Assembly (NCBI RefSeq): GCF_001194135.2
Contig: NC_068984.1
Location: forward strand, 18,444,279-18,508,278
Length of the DNA stretch: 64,000 nt
Source: Octopus bimaculoides
Lineage: Eukaryota
Direction of reading: 5' to 3'
The position numbers were made by a program, and so were the translations under genes. Below are positions 26,120 through 36,352 of the stretch, piece by piece. The first letter of the stretch is position 1; the number at the start of each line of letters is the position of its first letter. The notes beneath the pieces were generated by a model. That model had not been told where the DNA came from and ran no database searches. It was given only the letters and a program-made list of their open reading frames with translations.

Positions 26120-26690
26120 AGGCAATTAGGTTGTATTGATGGTAATCATCTCAGCCGAGATCAGCAATTGGCACACGACTATGGCTCGGCATATATTTAC
26201 ATCAATCGCTTTAAAGGATGCACTGTTTGTTTATGTAAACTGTCATCACTATGAGTTCTGTAAATTCAATGAAACTGGTGTAGCTGGATTCAACTGTAAA
26301 TTCCGTGAAGGACTAGAAGAATTCACTGAACGTGTACGAATTTGATTGGAAGTCATAGTGCAAATGGTGGTTACACTACCTTTTCCACTATGACTTCCTA
26401 TCAAATTCCTACATGTTTTTATACTATTATGGTGATGAAGTCTCGAACTGAGTTGGAAATATTTACATGAAGAGTCTAACAAACCTATCAGATACCTTGA
26501 AATTTACACAGCGGCCTTTATTATTGATTTCATAAGTGATAGCAGATATTTATATCAACTGGTACATAAAAAGGTACAAAACCACAGCAGATAGAGCTGC
26601 ATGTATTTTCGTCATCTGATTCAAAGTGAATACATGGCGGACGCACGTAAATTTACATCAATTGATGTTATGGAGTTAATGTGTGTTATT
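26120..26690 (+). pseudogene. Probable decayed PIF/Harbinger DDE transposase
   Basis: Ordered motif remnants across stops and frameshifts: LGCIDGNHL (26126-26152; cf. GAIDGKH), GSAYIYINRFKG (cf. GS.YFNYKG), SYMFLYYYGDEV (GDE 26431-26439; cf. PYV.VGDEAF), IFVI*FKVNTWRTHVNL (WR 26635-26640; cf. FGIL..RWRI...INL). First-to-second Asp spacing is about 99 codons. Aligned by eye. Confidence 0.5.
26328..26418 (+). ncRNA. Candidate intronic pri-miRNA or hairpin RNA (91-nt ungapped foldback)
   Basis: 44 facing positions: 37 Watson-Crick, 3 G:U, 4 mismatches, no gaps; loop 26372-26374. The structure is certain; processing or expression is not shown. No match to a miRNA I recognise. Confidence 0.45.
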
Positions 26691-27726
26691 CCCCCCCCCC
26701 TAAATTTGTGAATAATAGCATAGTGCAGTTGAGTACAGGTTTCTGAGAGACTCATCACTGTTCCATTGCATTTCTGACTGTCGGGATGACAAGGAAGGGT
26801 TGTGCATAACAATAGGCTTTGTTCACCAACGTTCACAGTTTTCTCTAATATACACATACAAGATATAAATAGTGTGTTTGTGTGTGTGTAACTGTAGACA
26901 TTGCTGTGGTTAAAAAGTTCACTTCACAACTACATAGTCTCAAATTCAATATTACTGCACAACATTTCTTCTGCTATGGACTTGGATGATTTAAAGTCAT
27001 AAGAGGAAACTGCATGAACCCTTACCAAAACAAACAATCGGAGCCTAGGCAGCCCTCCAGCTAGCTATCTCCTATCAAACTATCCAACCCATGCCAGTAT
27101 GGAAAATAGACATTAAATGATGATGATGATGATGATGATGGGATGTCCATCGATGTTTATAGATTCTGTATTCATCATCATTCGAGTGAAGTGGTTCTGA
27201 TGTTGACATTATGACTGGTCACTCTACATTTTCAAAGACTTGTGGAATAAAGATGTCCCTTACTAGAAAAACAAGTAAGGATTGGCAGTAGGAAGAGTAT
27301 CAAGCTGTAAAATCATTCCCTAAATTCATCTCCATCCAAATCCATAGCAAAATGGATTTTAAAACGAAGAAAATTAAATATAAATGGCAGGCTTCCAAAC
27401 AGTTTCCTACAGTTGTTCCCAAGGTAATATTTCCTCATGAGCTGACATATTTATGCAGAATAATGGAATTGAATAGGATTACTTATATGACAGAGACACT
27501 CACAACTCTCATGTGACATCAAGACAAGGAGACACAAACACACACACACAATGGGTTTTTGTTCAATTTCCATCTGCTGCATCCACTAACAAGGTTATGG
27601 TAGAGGAATCAAGGTACCACACAGTGGAACAGAACCCTAAGCTATATAGTTGGAAGGTAAACTTCTTAACCACACAGCCACACCTGTGCCCATAATAAAA
27701 AAATTCAATTCCAAATTTCAACTCAC

Positions 27727-27781
27727 AAAAATAATGCTGTCTTCATTTGTCTTGGAGACAGACGAAGACAGCATTATTTTT
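27727..27781 (+). other. 55-nt near-perfect hairpin
   Basis: aaaaataatgctgtcttc (27727-27744) is the exact reverse complement of gaagacagcattattttt (27764-27781). One A:C mismatch follows, then 7 more pairs and a 3-nt loop. Confidence 0.85.
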
Positions 27782-28367
27782 AGATTTTACAGATCATAAT
27801 CTTCATTAAAATTTTGACAATATTTTCACACTGAATTTTCCATCTTTAGTACAGTCTGGATATTTCTATGCAATCAAATAGTGACTGTTATTGAAGTGAA
27901 TGTTTTTCCAGATGGATTGCATTTAGCAATCAGTTTTTCAAGTTGGCATTCTTCTAAGGTTGGGAGAATGACGTGTCTTGCCTGAGCAAATAAGATTCTC
28001 TTATTTTCTTCACTTTCACATGACATTTGGGTTTTCTTTGGTGCAAGGCAATTTGTGTTCTTTCATTTTTCTTTTTTTTTTTTTTTTCTTTCTTACAGAA
28101 AAGCTGTCTATGCTTTTGAATTTCATAGCTCATTTTCTATAACATCTTATAAAGCCGTATAATTCATGCATGAAACTACAGGCTTGTACATGTGTATTTG
28201 TATGTACCTATTGCCTGCCTTATCCATTCTGAAATACTAAATACCAGAATTTCTTGTGAACTGCTTATGACATGTAATCTTGGGTGTAAAACAAAAATAA
28301 AATAATCGATATTTGTCCATGTGTAACTTGAACTAGTTTCTATGAGCTTTCATCTTTTGTAATTTGG

Positions 28368-28729
28368 TTGTGGCTGTGTGGTAAGAAGTTTGCTTCTCAA
28401 GCACATGGTTCCAAGTTCAGTCCCACTGCATGGCACCTTCGTCAAATAGCCTCAGGCCAACCATAGCCTTATAAGTGGATTATTTCGTAGACAGAAACTG
28501 AATGAAACCCAACATATGTGTATATGTGTGTGTCTTTGTCCCCTGCTACTGGTGTCGGCGTGTTTACATCCCTGTAACTTAGGGGTTCAGCAAAACAGAA
28601 TGATAAAATAAGTACCAACCTTAAAATAAAAATAAATGTTGGAGTCAGTTCATTTGACTAAAAATTTTTCAAGGCAGTGCCCCAGTATGGCCACAGTCGA
28701 ATGACTGAAACAAGTAAAAGATAAAAGAT
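28368..28729 (+). mobile_element. Family B SINE, full length (other copies near 541-873 +, 4349-4720 -, 12296-12622 -, 13860-14058 +, 27500-27690 -, 32978-33130 +, 40022-40412 +, 43262-43420 +, 56690-56930 -, 59045-59363 +)
   Basis: gtggctgtgtggtaagaagtttgcttc...gttcagtcccactgcatggcacctt...ccagtatggccacagtcgaatgactgaaacaagtaaaagataaaagat. Boundaries of the listed copies approximate. Confidence 0.85.
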
Positions 28730-29292
28730 TCCATTACAAGAAAAGATAAAAATTACAGTGTGAATGGAACGTTTGTTGTTCTAAGTCTTCTAAAAATGAT
28801 CTCAATAATTATGTTGGTTTGTCTCCTCCCTCTCTTGAATGCATTCCAATTTCAAATTGATAAAGTTGATTATTCAATTGTAGAATCAACAAAACTGATA
28901 GAACACTAGTTGAAAAGCAAAAGTTTGAGAGATTATATACAAAGAGCAAAGATGTCAGTCTTGCAAAGCTCAGCTCTCAAGTAAATTTAATGTGTAATTT
29001 CTTTAACTTTGTTAAAGAAAATGATACATGCCAAAAAAAAATGAAAAATATAGCAAAATTCTTATTATTCATTTCTATCTTCTTTTTTATATTTATTAAA
29101 TTCAATATTTCTTAAGTAAATTCACTAGGAGAAGACTTATAATGCTTTGATTTGACTATCAGCTATTGGGTAACTAATTAATTGAACTTGTATGGCATCT
29201 TTTCATTTCTTTTCAATCGCATATTATTACTGATTTGTTAAAAAGAAATCATTTACAAAGTAATTGTTTTAAAATTTGATAACATATTTGTA

Positions 29293-29338
<46 letters not shown>

Positions 29339-29355
29339 TTGTCCTATTATTGTAG

Positions 29356-29465
29356 AACCTGTGTCAATGGCTCTGTGATACATCAGAAAACCAAAGTCAG
29401 AAATGGCGACCGAATTCTTTGGGGGAATAACCATTTTTTCCGGATAAATCTACCAAGACCCAACA
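29356..29465 (+). CDS. KIF13: KIF13 exon, C-terminal half of FHA domain (R-TCVNGSVIHQKTKVRNGDRILWGNNHFFRINLPRPN+A)
   Basis: Acceptor ttattgtag|A completes AG|A = Arg, donor AACA|gtaagc; 110 nt; GDRILWGNNHFFR is characteristic of KIF13. Confidence 0.97.
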
Positions 29466-29696
29466 GTAAGCTTGAAAATGTTTTCTACATCGGATATTAT
29501 GTATAGTTGTTGTTGGTTGTTTCTATATTTGTGTGTAAACCTTATGAAAAACCAGCAGCCTATCCAGGGAGAGACTAATTTCACATCTGTTTCATGCTGC
29601 AGAGCTTAGAACTGATCTGAACTTCGCAATGACGTCAAACAACAATAAATCCTAGTTTGCTCCAAATATATCAAAACTGTCTAAAATATTCCTTAA

Positions 29697-29912
29697 CCCT
29701 TTAGCATTTAAACTGGCCATATCCAGCCAAAATATTCTACCTGATTTATGTTCAAATCAGTTAGATCAGGCCTTTCACACCTACCCTACAATGTTATTCT
29801 AAAAGTAAGCAATCACATCATCAAAATCTCAGAGCAACAAGGTAATGCCTGATTAATTCAAAACAATGTTAATAAGTATTACATTTGATGGAGAAATCTG
29901 AATGTTAAAGGG
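29697..29912. mobile_element. piggyBac-like MITE, family E
   Basis: TTAA|CCCTTTAGCATT ... AATGTTAAAGGG|taaa; 12-bp TIR. Homologues at 48028-48247, 56196-56644 and 58585-58755. Confidence 0.8.
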
Positions 29913-30261
29913 TAAAATATTATTTTATAACCTAATTCTGTATTTATTTGATATATGCATGGGTGTTTATATCTGCAACTGTATGCACAAATGTGCAGTG
30001 GTCAGTTTCTCCTGTCAGCAAATCATCTGGGCACTTTGTGCCTTTACATACATATGCTATATGCATTCCCTTACTTTAAAAGCAGGGAAAGGTTAGCATC
30101 GTGAAAGCCATCCTGCTGTAAAACAATGCCTCAAATAATATACTCATCCAACTCATGCAAAAATGGATGTAAAACAAAGAAAACCTCTTGCAAATTATTA
30201 TATGTATTGTTTCTATTTTTATTTGCAAAAAAAAAAGAAAATTAGAAAAGTTAGTATGTAG

Positions 30262-30310
<49 letters not shown>

Positions 30311-31517
30311 AATCCATCTCCTGAGAGGTTTGCATAGTAAAATTCTGCTGTTAAATGGCCTATAATGTAAAAACTTCTAACTGTTTTTATGCATGTTAAG
30401 TATATTTGTAGTATACTTAAATTTTGAACATGTGATTCGTATCAATTAGTAGAATCCTGATATATATAGCTTTATATCTAGAAAAAAAAATATATGTGTG
30501 TAACATATATATAACACCCACCAACAACTCACAAATGAACCATAAACAAATTTATAACACAGACACACACCTACAATTGAAAGAAATACAAACACCATGC
30601 TTACAACCAATGCAAAAACAAAAAAAAAACATTGGACAAACACTAGCACAGATACACACACACTCACACACCAACCACCATTACTGAGTTGTAACAGTTT
30701 CACCTGAAGATCACAGTGGTGTGAAACTACAGTCATGAGACTTTTAGTTTGAATTTCAATAACAAAAACAACACTCTGTGTGTGTGTGTGTGTATGTTCA
30801 AAAAAAGTCTTAAATGAAACTTTATTGCAAGTTTTATTTACTTGTTTCTTACTCTGACCCCTCTCTGAAACCCCATACTCCACCTTGAGTCTGTAGAATT
30901 AAAGAAATAAAGAGAAATATCTCAGATGTTGAAGAGTGGAAAACTTACAACAGCTTACTTTTATTCTCGGACATGATCCTCATTTGGAGCAAAACCTTCT
31001 GTAAACAGTAAGGGAATACTTTTTGGTGTTCATTACTCTTGTGATATTACATTTCAAGTTAATGATGTTTAATCACACAAAATAATATTACCCTTTGACA
31101 TTATATCATTTATAGCATATTTGTTAGGGATTTAACTTTTCGCAGAAACACAACCCCTAATTTCTCTATTTCTTGGCTTCCCCATAAAGAAGGTTACTAG
31201 CAGCCCCTGTAATGTTTGTTTTTTTACCATTTCCAAAAGTTTACTAGTGCTAACGTATTTTTCATATTTTACGCGCACACACACACAATATATACAAACA
31301 CACACACACACAATACATACACACAAACAAACATGTGCATACACATACACGCTGACACACACACAGTAGGCACAATGTAGATGTAACAATATCGACAAAA
31401 GCAAATTTTGATATTTCCAGATTATATGGCTGGTTGAATTGATAAGATCTAATATTTGCTCAGGTTGAGTAGACATTTTAGTTAAATCTGTATTTGACAT
31501 TATCAAATCCGTCTCCT

Positions 31518-31558
<41 letters not shown>

Positions 31559-31958
31559 ACATAGTTTATAATTCAGGTGTTAAATGACCTATAATGTAAA
31601 TGTTTTTAGAATTTTCACGTTTAACTCTTTCATGCCTTTCAAGTATATTTCTGATATACTTAAATTTTGAACATGTGGTTCATATCAATTAGTTGAATCC
31701 CAATATAGTTTATAGCTAGATCGATATTCATACTCTAAAACTTAGCATTGAAACTTACCGTAATCCTTTCATATTAAATCTAGTTGTAACAATCTTTAAG
31801 TAAATAGTTTATATTCTTATCAACCATAAAANNNNNNNNNNNNNNNNNNNNNNNNNNNNNNNNNNNNNNNNNNNNNNNNNNNNNNNNNNNNNNNNNNNNN
31901 NNNNNNNNNNNNNNNNNNNNNNNNNNNNNNNNNNNNNNNNNNNNNNNNNNNNNNNNNN

Positions 31959-31992
31959 GCCATTGAAAAACAATACGAAGAAGACAAACAGG
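31959..31992 (+). CDS. KIF13: KIF13 exon, visible 3' end only (AIEKQYEEDKQ+G); 5' part lies in N gap 31832-31958
   Basis: GCC ATT GAA AAA CAA TAC GAA GAA GAC AAA CAG G|gtaatt. The phase-1 G joins AG of the next exon to give Glu, producing EKQYEEDKQEALERQKQMYE, the expected KIF13 coiled coil. Confidence 0.9.
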
Positions 31993-32686
31993 GTAATTCA
32001 TTTTGTTTTTGTAATAGTTTTTTTGTTTTTGATTATTTTTAATTTTTAAAGTTGCATACCTATTTTCTTTCTCACTTACTATTATCAGCTTTGGTTTTCA
32101 GCATGAAGATGTTTGATAAATGAGAACAAAATTACTTCTAATATAAAAGTTTTATAAAGATTTTTAGAATTTCAAAGAAGTATTACTGCTTAAGTTGCTA
32201 CTTTGTATGAAAAGAGTGGAAAATGATAATGCTTATCCTTTTAAAATAAAATTCTAAAGGAAGGTGTTCATATACCTTTATAAATTATATTTGAAAATAA
32301 CAGATAAAAAGAATTTAGACTAATTTTATTTCAACCAAAATCATTTTTACTGAATCACTTATTAAGATTTTCATTGAATTTTAAACTGCCATCAGAAACC
32401 TTCTCAAAAGCTTCTCTTATGTAACTATATATTTCACAAAAATAAAAAGTATATTGTAAGCATTTCAAAGGGTTTATTGTAGCATTGCAACATATTTGTA
32501 TTCACTTTACATCAGTATGATGTATATTTACTTTATATTATTATGAAGTGTTTGTATTCCATTTCTCCTGCCACTTCTGGTATGAGTGCAAATTCTCTTA
32601 CTACAAGTAATAAGCTGTTATATTACAGTTTCAGTGAAAAGTATTTTGTTTAAAATCAGTTAAGAATATGTGACTGTCTGCTTTAA

Positions 32687-32908
32687 CCCTTTTGATACCA
32701 ACCCAGCTGAAACCACCTCTGGCTCTGTAGTACAAATGTCTTGTTTTCAAAAGTTCTGAATTAAAATCTTCCACCAAACCTTAGTCACAATTTATGTTCC
32801 TAACACTAGCTGAATGATAACTAAGTTATTTTACTAAATTCTTTGTTTTATTTAAAATTAATTGAAAGAAACACAGAATATCTCAAAGTAAATACGGTAA
32901 CGAAAGGG
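32687..32908. mobile_element. piggyBac-like MITE, family F
   Basis: TTAA (32683-32686) CCCTTTTGATACC ... GGTAACGAAAGGG TTAA (32909-32912); 13-bp imperfect TIR; interior unrelated to family E. Confidence 0.8.
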
Positions 32909-33607
32909 TTAAGCAAAGTCACATTCACAGTAAAATAGTAAACTTAGTCATTTTTTTTTTAATCAGCTGCTAAAGATGCAGGCATAGCTGTGTGTTTAAG
33001 AAGTTCATTTGACAACCACATGGCTCCGGGTTCAATACCAGTGCACAGCACCTTGGGCAAATGTCTTCTGCTATATCTCCAGGTTGATGAAAGCCTTTTG
33101 GGTGGATATGGTAAATAGAAACTGAAAGGAGCATCATCATCATCATCATTTAGTGCCTGTTTACCATACTGGTTTGGGTTAGATGGTTTGACTGGAACTA
33201 CTAAGCCAAATGGCTGCTCCAAGTTCCAGTCTGTTTTGGCTTGGTTTCTATGTCATCCACTTCATAGAGTATATTGGGTGTCTTTAATGTGTCACCAGCA
33301 TGGGTTCCTCTCTTGTGGCACTGGCACAGTACTTTACATGTGTCACCAGCAGAATATACATGTTTGCATGTGTGTGTGAACACAAGCAACTATATGCTAT
33401 GTCTGTTTACATTTGCATATCCCCAAAAGTTGCAGAATCACGAGTGGTGACATTATTGTAATTTGCCCCTGTCAACAGATCCTCTGTTGGCTTTACACCT
33501 TCAAAGTTGTGCAAAATACCAGATTCCTTACTTGAGAAACAGGTAACATTTAGTGACAGGAAGGGCATCTGACTGTAAAACAGTGCCTCAACAATATATT
33601 CATCTAA

Positions 33608-34094
33608 CCAAAATTTCGGACCTTGTTCCAAGAGTAGAAAAGAATATTTAAAGGCAGCGAGCTGGCAGAAACGTTAGCACACCAGGTGAAATGCTTAGCG
33701 GTATTTCGTCTGTCTTTATGTTCTGAGTTCAAATTGTGCCAAGGTCGACTTTGCCTTTCATCCTTTCAGGGTCCATAAATTAAGTACCAGTTGCATACTG
33801 GAGTCGATCTAATCAACTGGCCCCCTCCCCCAAAATTGCGGGCCTTGTGCCTAGAGTAGAAAGGAATATTGAAGAATTGAAAGGCAGCGAGCTGGCAGAA
33901 ACATTAGCATGCCAGGTGAAATGCTTAGCGGTATTTCGTCTGTCTTTATGTTCTGAGTTCAAATTCCACCAAGGTCAACTTTGCCTTTCATCCTTTCAGG
34001 GTCGATAAATTAAGTACCAGTTGCATACTGTAGTCAATCTAATCAACTGGCCCCCTCCCCTAAAATTTCGGGCCTTGTACCTAGAGTAGAAAAG
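33608..34094 (+). mobile_element. Family A SINE concatemer: 3'-end fragment plus two full head-to-tail copies
   Basis: Tail fragment 33608-33650, copy 1 33651-33870, copy 2 33881-34094; flanked by 15-bp direct repeat aatatattcatctaa (33593-33607, 34095-34109). Confidence 0.88.
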
Positions 34095-36174
34095 AATATA
34101 TTCATCTAAACCATGCTAGCAAAGAAAAAGCACATAAAAGAAAACGAACACAATGATTTTTATGTGAATATTCTTATTCATTATAAACACCAAAATGGTA
34201 GATACTTTGGATCATATTTCATCAGTGATCCTCTTTCTGTCTTCTATCTCAAACTTGCAATGTATAATAATATCATTTATTAATTTTTATTTCTTTAGAA
34301 TATACCAGAATTGACTTGGTGCATGATTAAACAGTTAGAGAGAGAAGTACATGACAGATGTAGCTAATGATTGCCAACAGAAATCAATATTTAAATCTAC
34401 TGTGCTGAATTGGAAATCCAACTTTTTAGTATTTCTATTACTTAGAAACAACAAAAATGGTTTTGAAATTTTATCACTTTCACATGAATGAATCTGAGGA
34501 TATTGGTTCTCACACAAATTCATTATTCACACATGCACATGTGTGTATGTGTGTGTATAGCAGGAGAGAAATAGTGAGATATGTATATTTAATATAGATA
34601 GACACACACACACACACACATATATATAAATGTGTGTGTGTATATATACATGCACACACACACTCACATGTATAAACAATATAATAGATAATAGATATAT
34701 ATATATATTATACATAGAGATAATGATGTATATATGTATATACAGATTTTTTTCATCTAATGAGCTTTATAATAATTTTTGTTAATACTTTTTACATGTT
34801 TTTTTCTTTTTGTTTTTTGGGGTTTTTTTCCTTAGGAAGCAATTAAGATTGTTTTAATGTATTTTTTCTCAATCTTGTCATGCCGAATATTATTAAAAAA
34901 TTTGTTTTACATATTCTGGTATTACATGTATCTATAAACAAATGTATTTCATGTTAATCTTGCAGTTATTAAATTCATATTTTTGTGTGTGCATGCATGT
35001 GTATATATGTGTGTGTGTGCGTGTGTATATGTGCATGTATATGTGTATGTATATTTTAAATATACTCTTCAATTACTGCTTTAATTACAATTTTGGTTTG
35101 CTGAATCTCCAGAATGTTCCGTTTCCTTAAATATATCTACCTACCTAGTGTTCTATGCTTCTCTTCAGATGAAATTAAAATTGATTCTCGGTTTTTCAAA
35201 ATCTTCAGAACTATCTATTTTTCAAAGAAAATTGTATTACCATCTTTAAAGAAATTTCTTCACAAGCATTGTGCTTCAATATAAAGACAAATTTACTTAG
35301 GAATTAACAATGCAGTGGAAGTGCAGTGTTTTTTTTTTCTTTTTCTTTTTCTTTCCCCTTCTTTTCTCTTCTCATTGACTGTTCTCTTTTGAAGTACAAA
35401 TCCAGAAAACTATCTCTTTGCATATTTCTATGGAAGATTAACTAGGACAGCTAAATATAATTGAGTATATAAGTAAACAGATATACCTATGGATGTGTTT
35501 GCAGTCAAATGTCTCTGTTTTGTCTCTTTCAAGCTTTACAGAGTAAAGGCTAGTTCAATATTTGTTTCTCCGGAAACAATAGATCTCTTCCGTATTTGAT
35601 ATTGGACTTTCTATGTTTCTTAGATTACAATTCCTCTAGATATTGTTCATTATTGATGTTTTATAGATAAGTTATTAGAAGCTTTATGCTGAATTGTTTG
35701 ATTCTTGCTGACTGTATGGGAATCAATAATTCATTAAAAACAACTTCCATTGCTTTTATTCAAAGCTCTACTTATCCCTTTCATGCTTAGAAACTTTATC
35801 AATATGCACAACACACAACAGTTTTGTTCACTCAGCCACTCAGTTTTTCATTTAATTTTTTTTTGTCTTCCTGTAAATGCCATTAAAGGGTTACCTAGTT
35901 TCCACAGACCATTGGTTTATAAACTTTTTAATGCTATTTCTAAATTACTCTACTTTATCAATAGTCTTTTGAAAAAAAAAAAAACCTATATCATATTTCA
36001 TCTTCATTTCCATTCTCAATTTTTTTCTTTCATTTTTTTTTTTATACCTGTTTGTAAATCTTGTACTACTTGCCAAAACCATGTTCCCCGCTGGTCTTTC
36101 GCTGAAATTGCTTAGACTTTTGACTTTAGCACTTTCTTGATGTAATATGTGATGTTTCTTTAATTTTCATACAG

Positions 36175-36352
36175 AGGCTCTTGAACGGCAGAAGCAAATG
36201 TATGAAAGACAAATGCAAATGCTGCGTAGCCAGTTAGTATCACCAAGTACACCTTCATTTCCATTCCCATCATTTGACCTGAACCGAATGACACCAGGCA
36301 ACTCTACACAGAGCAGTATACAACGCAAGTACCAACAGTGGGCACAAGAAAG
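36175..36352 (+). CDS. KIF13: KIF13 exon (E-ALERQKQMYERQMQMLRSQLVSPSTPSFPFPSFDLNRMTPGNSTQSSIQRKYQQWAQE+AG)
   Basis: Acceptor tttcatacag|AG, donor GAAAG|gtaaca; 178 nt; ALE.Q..MYER and QWA.ER motifs; phases match both neighbours. Confidence 0.93.

Noticed and set aside
26347-26360. Resemblance of TGGAAGTCATAGTG to miR-7 (TGGAAGACTAGTG)
   Set aside because: The seed differs and the 3' half does not match; miR-7 is nearly invariant across animals.
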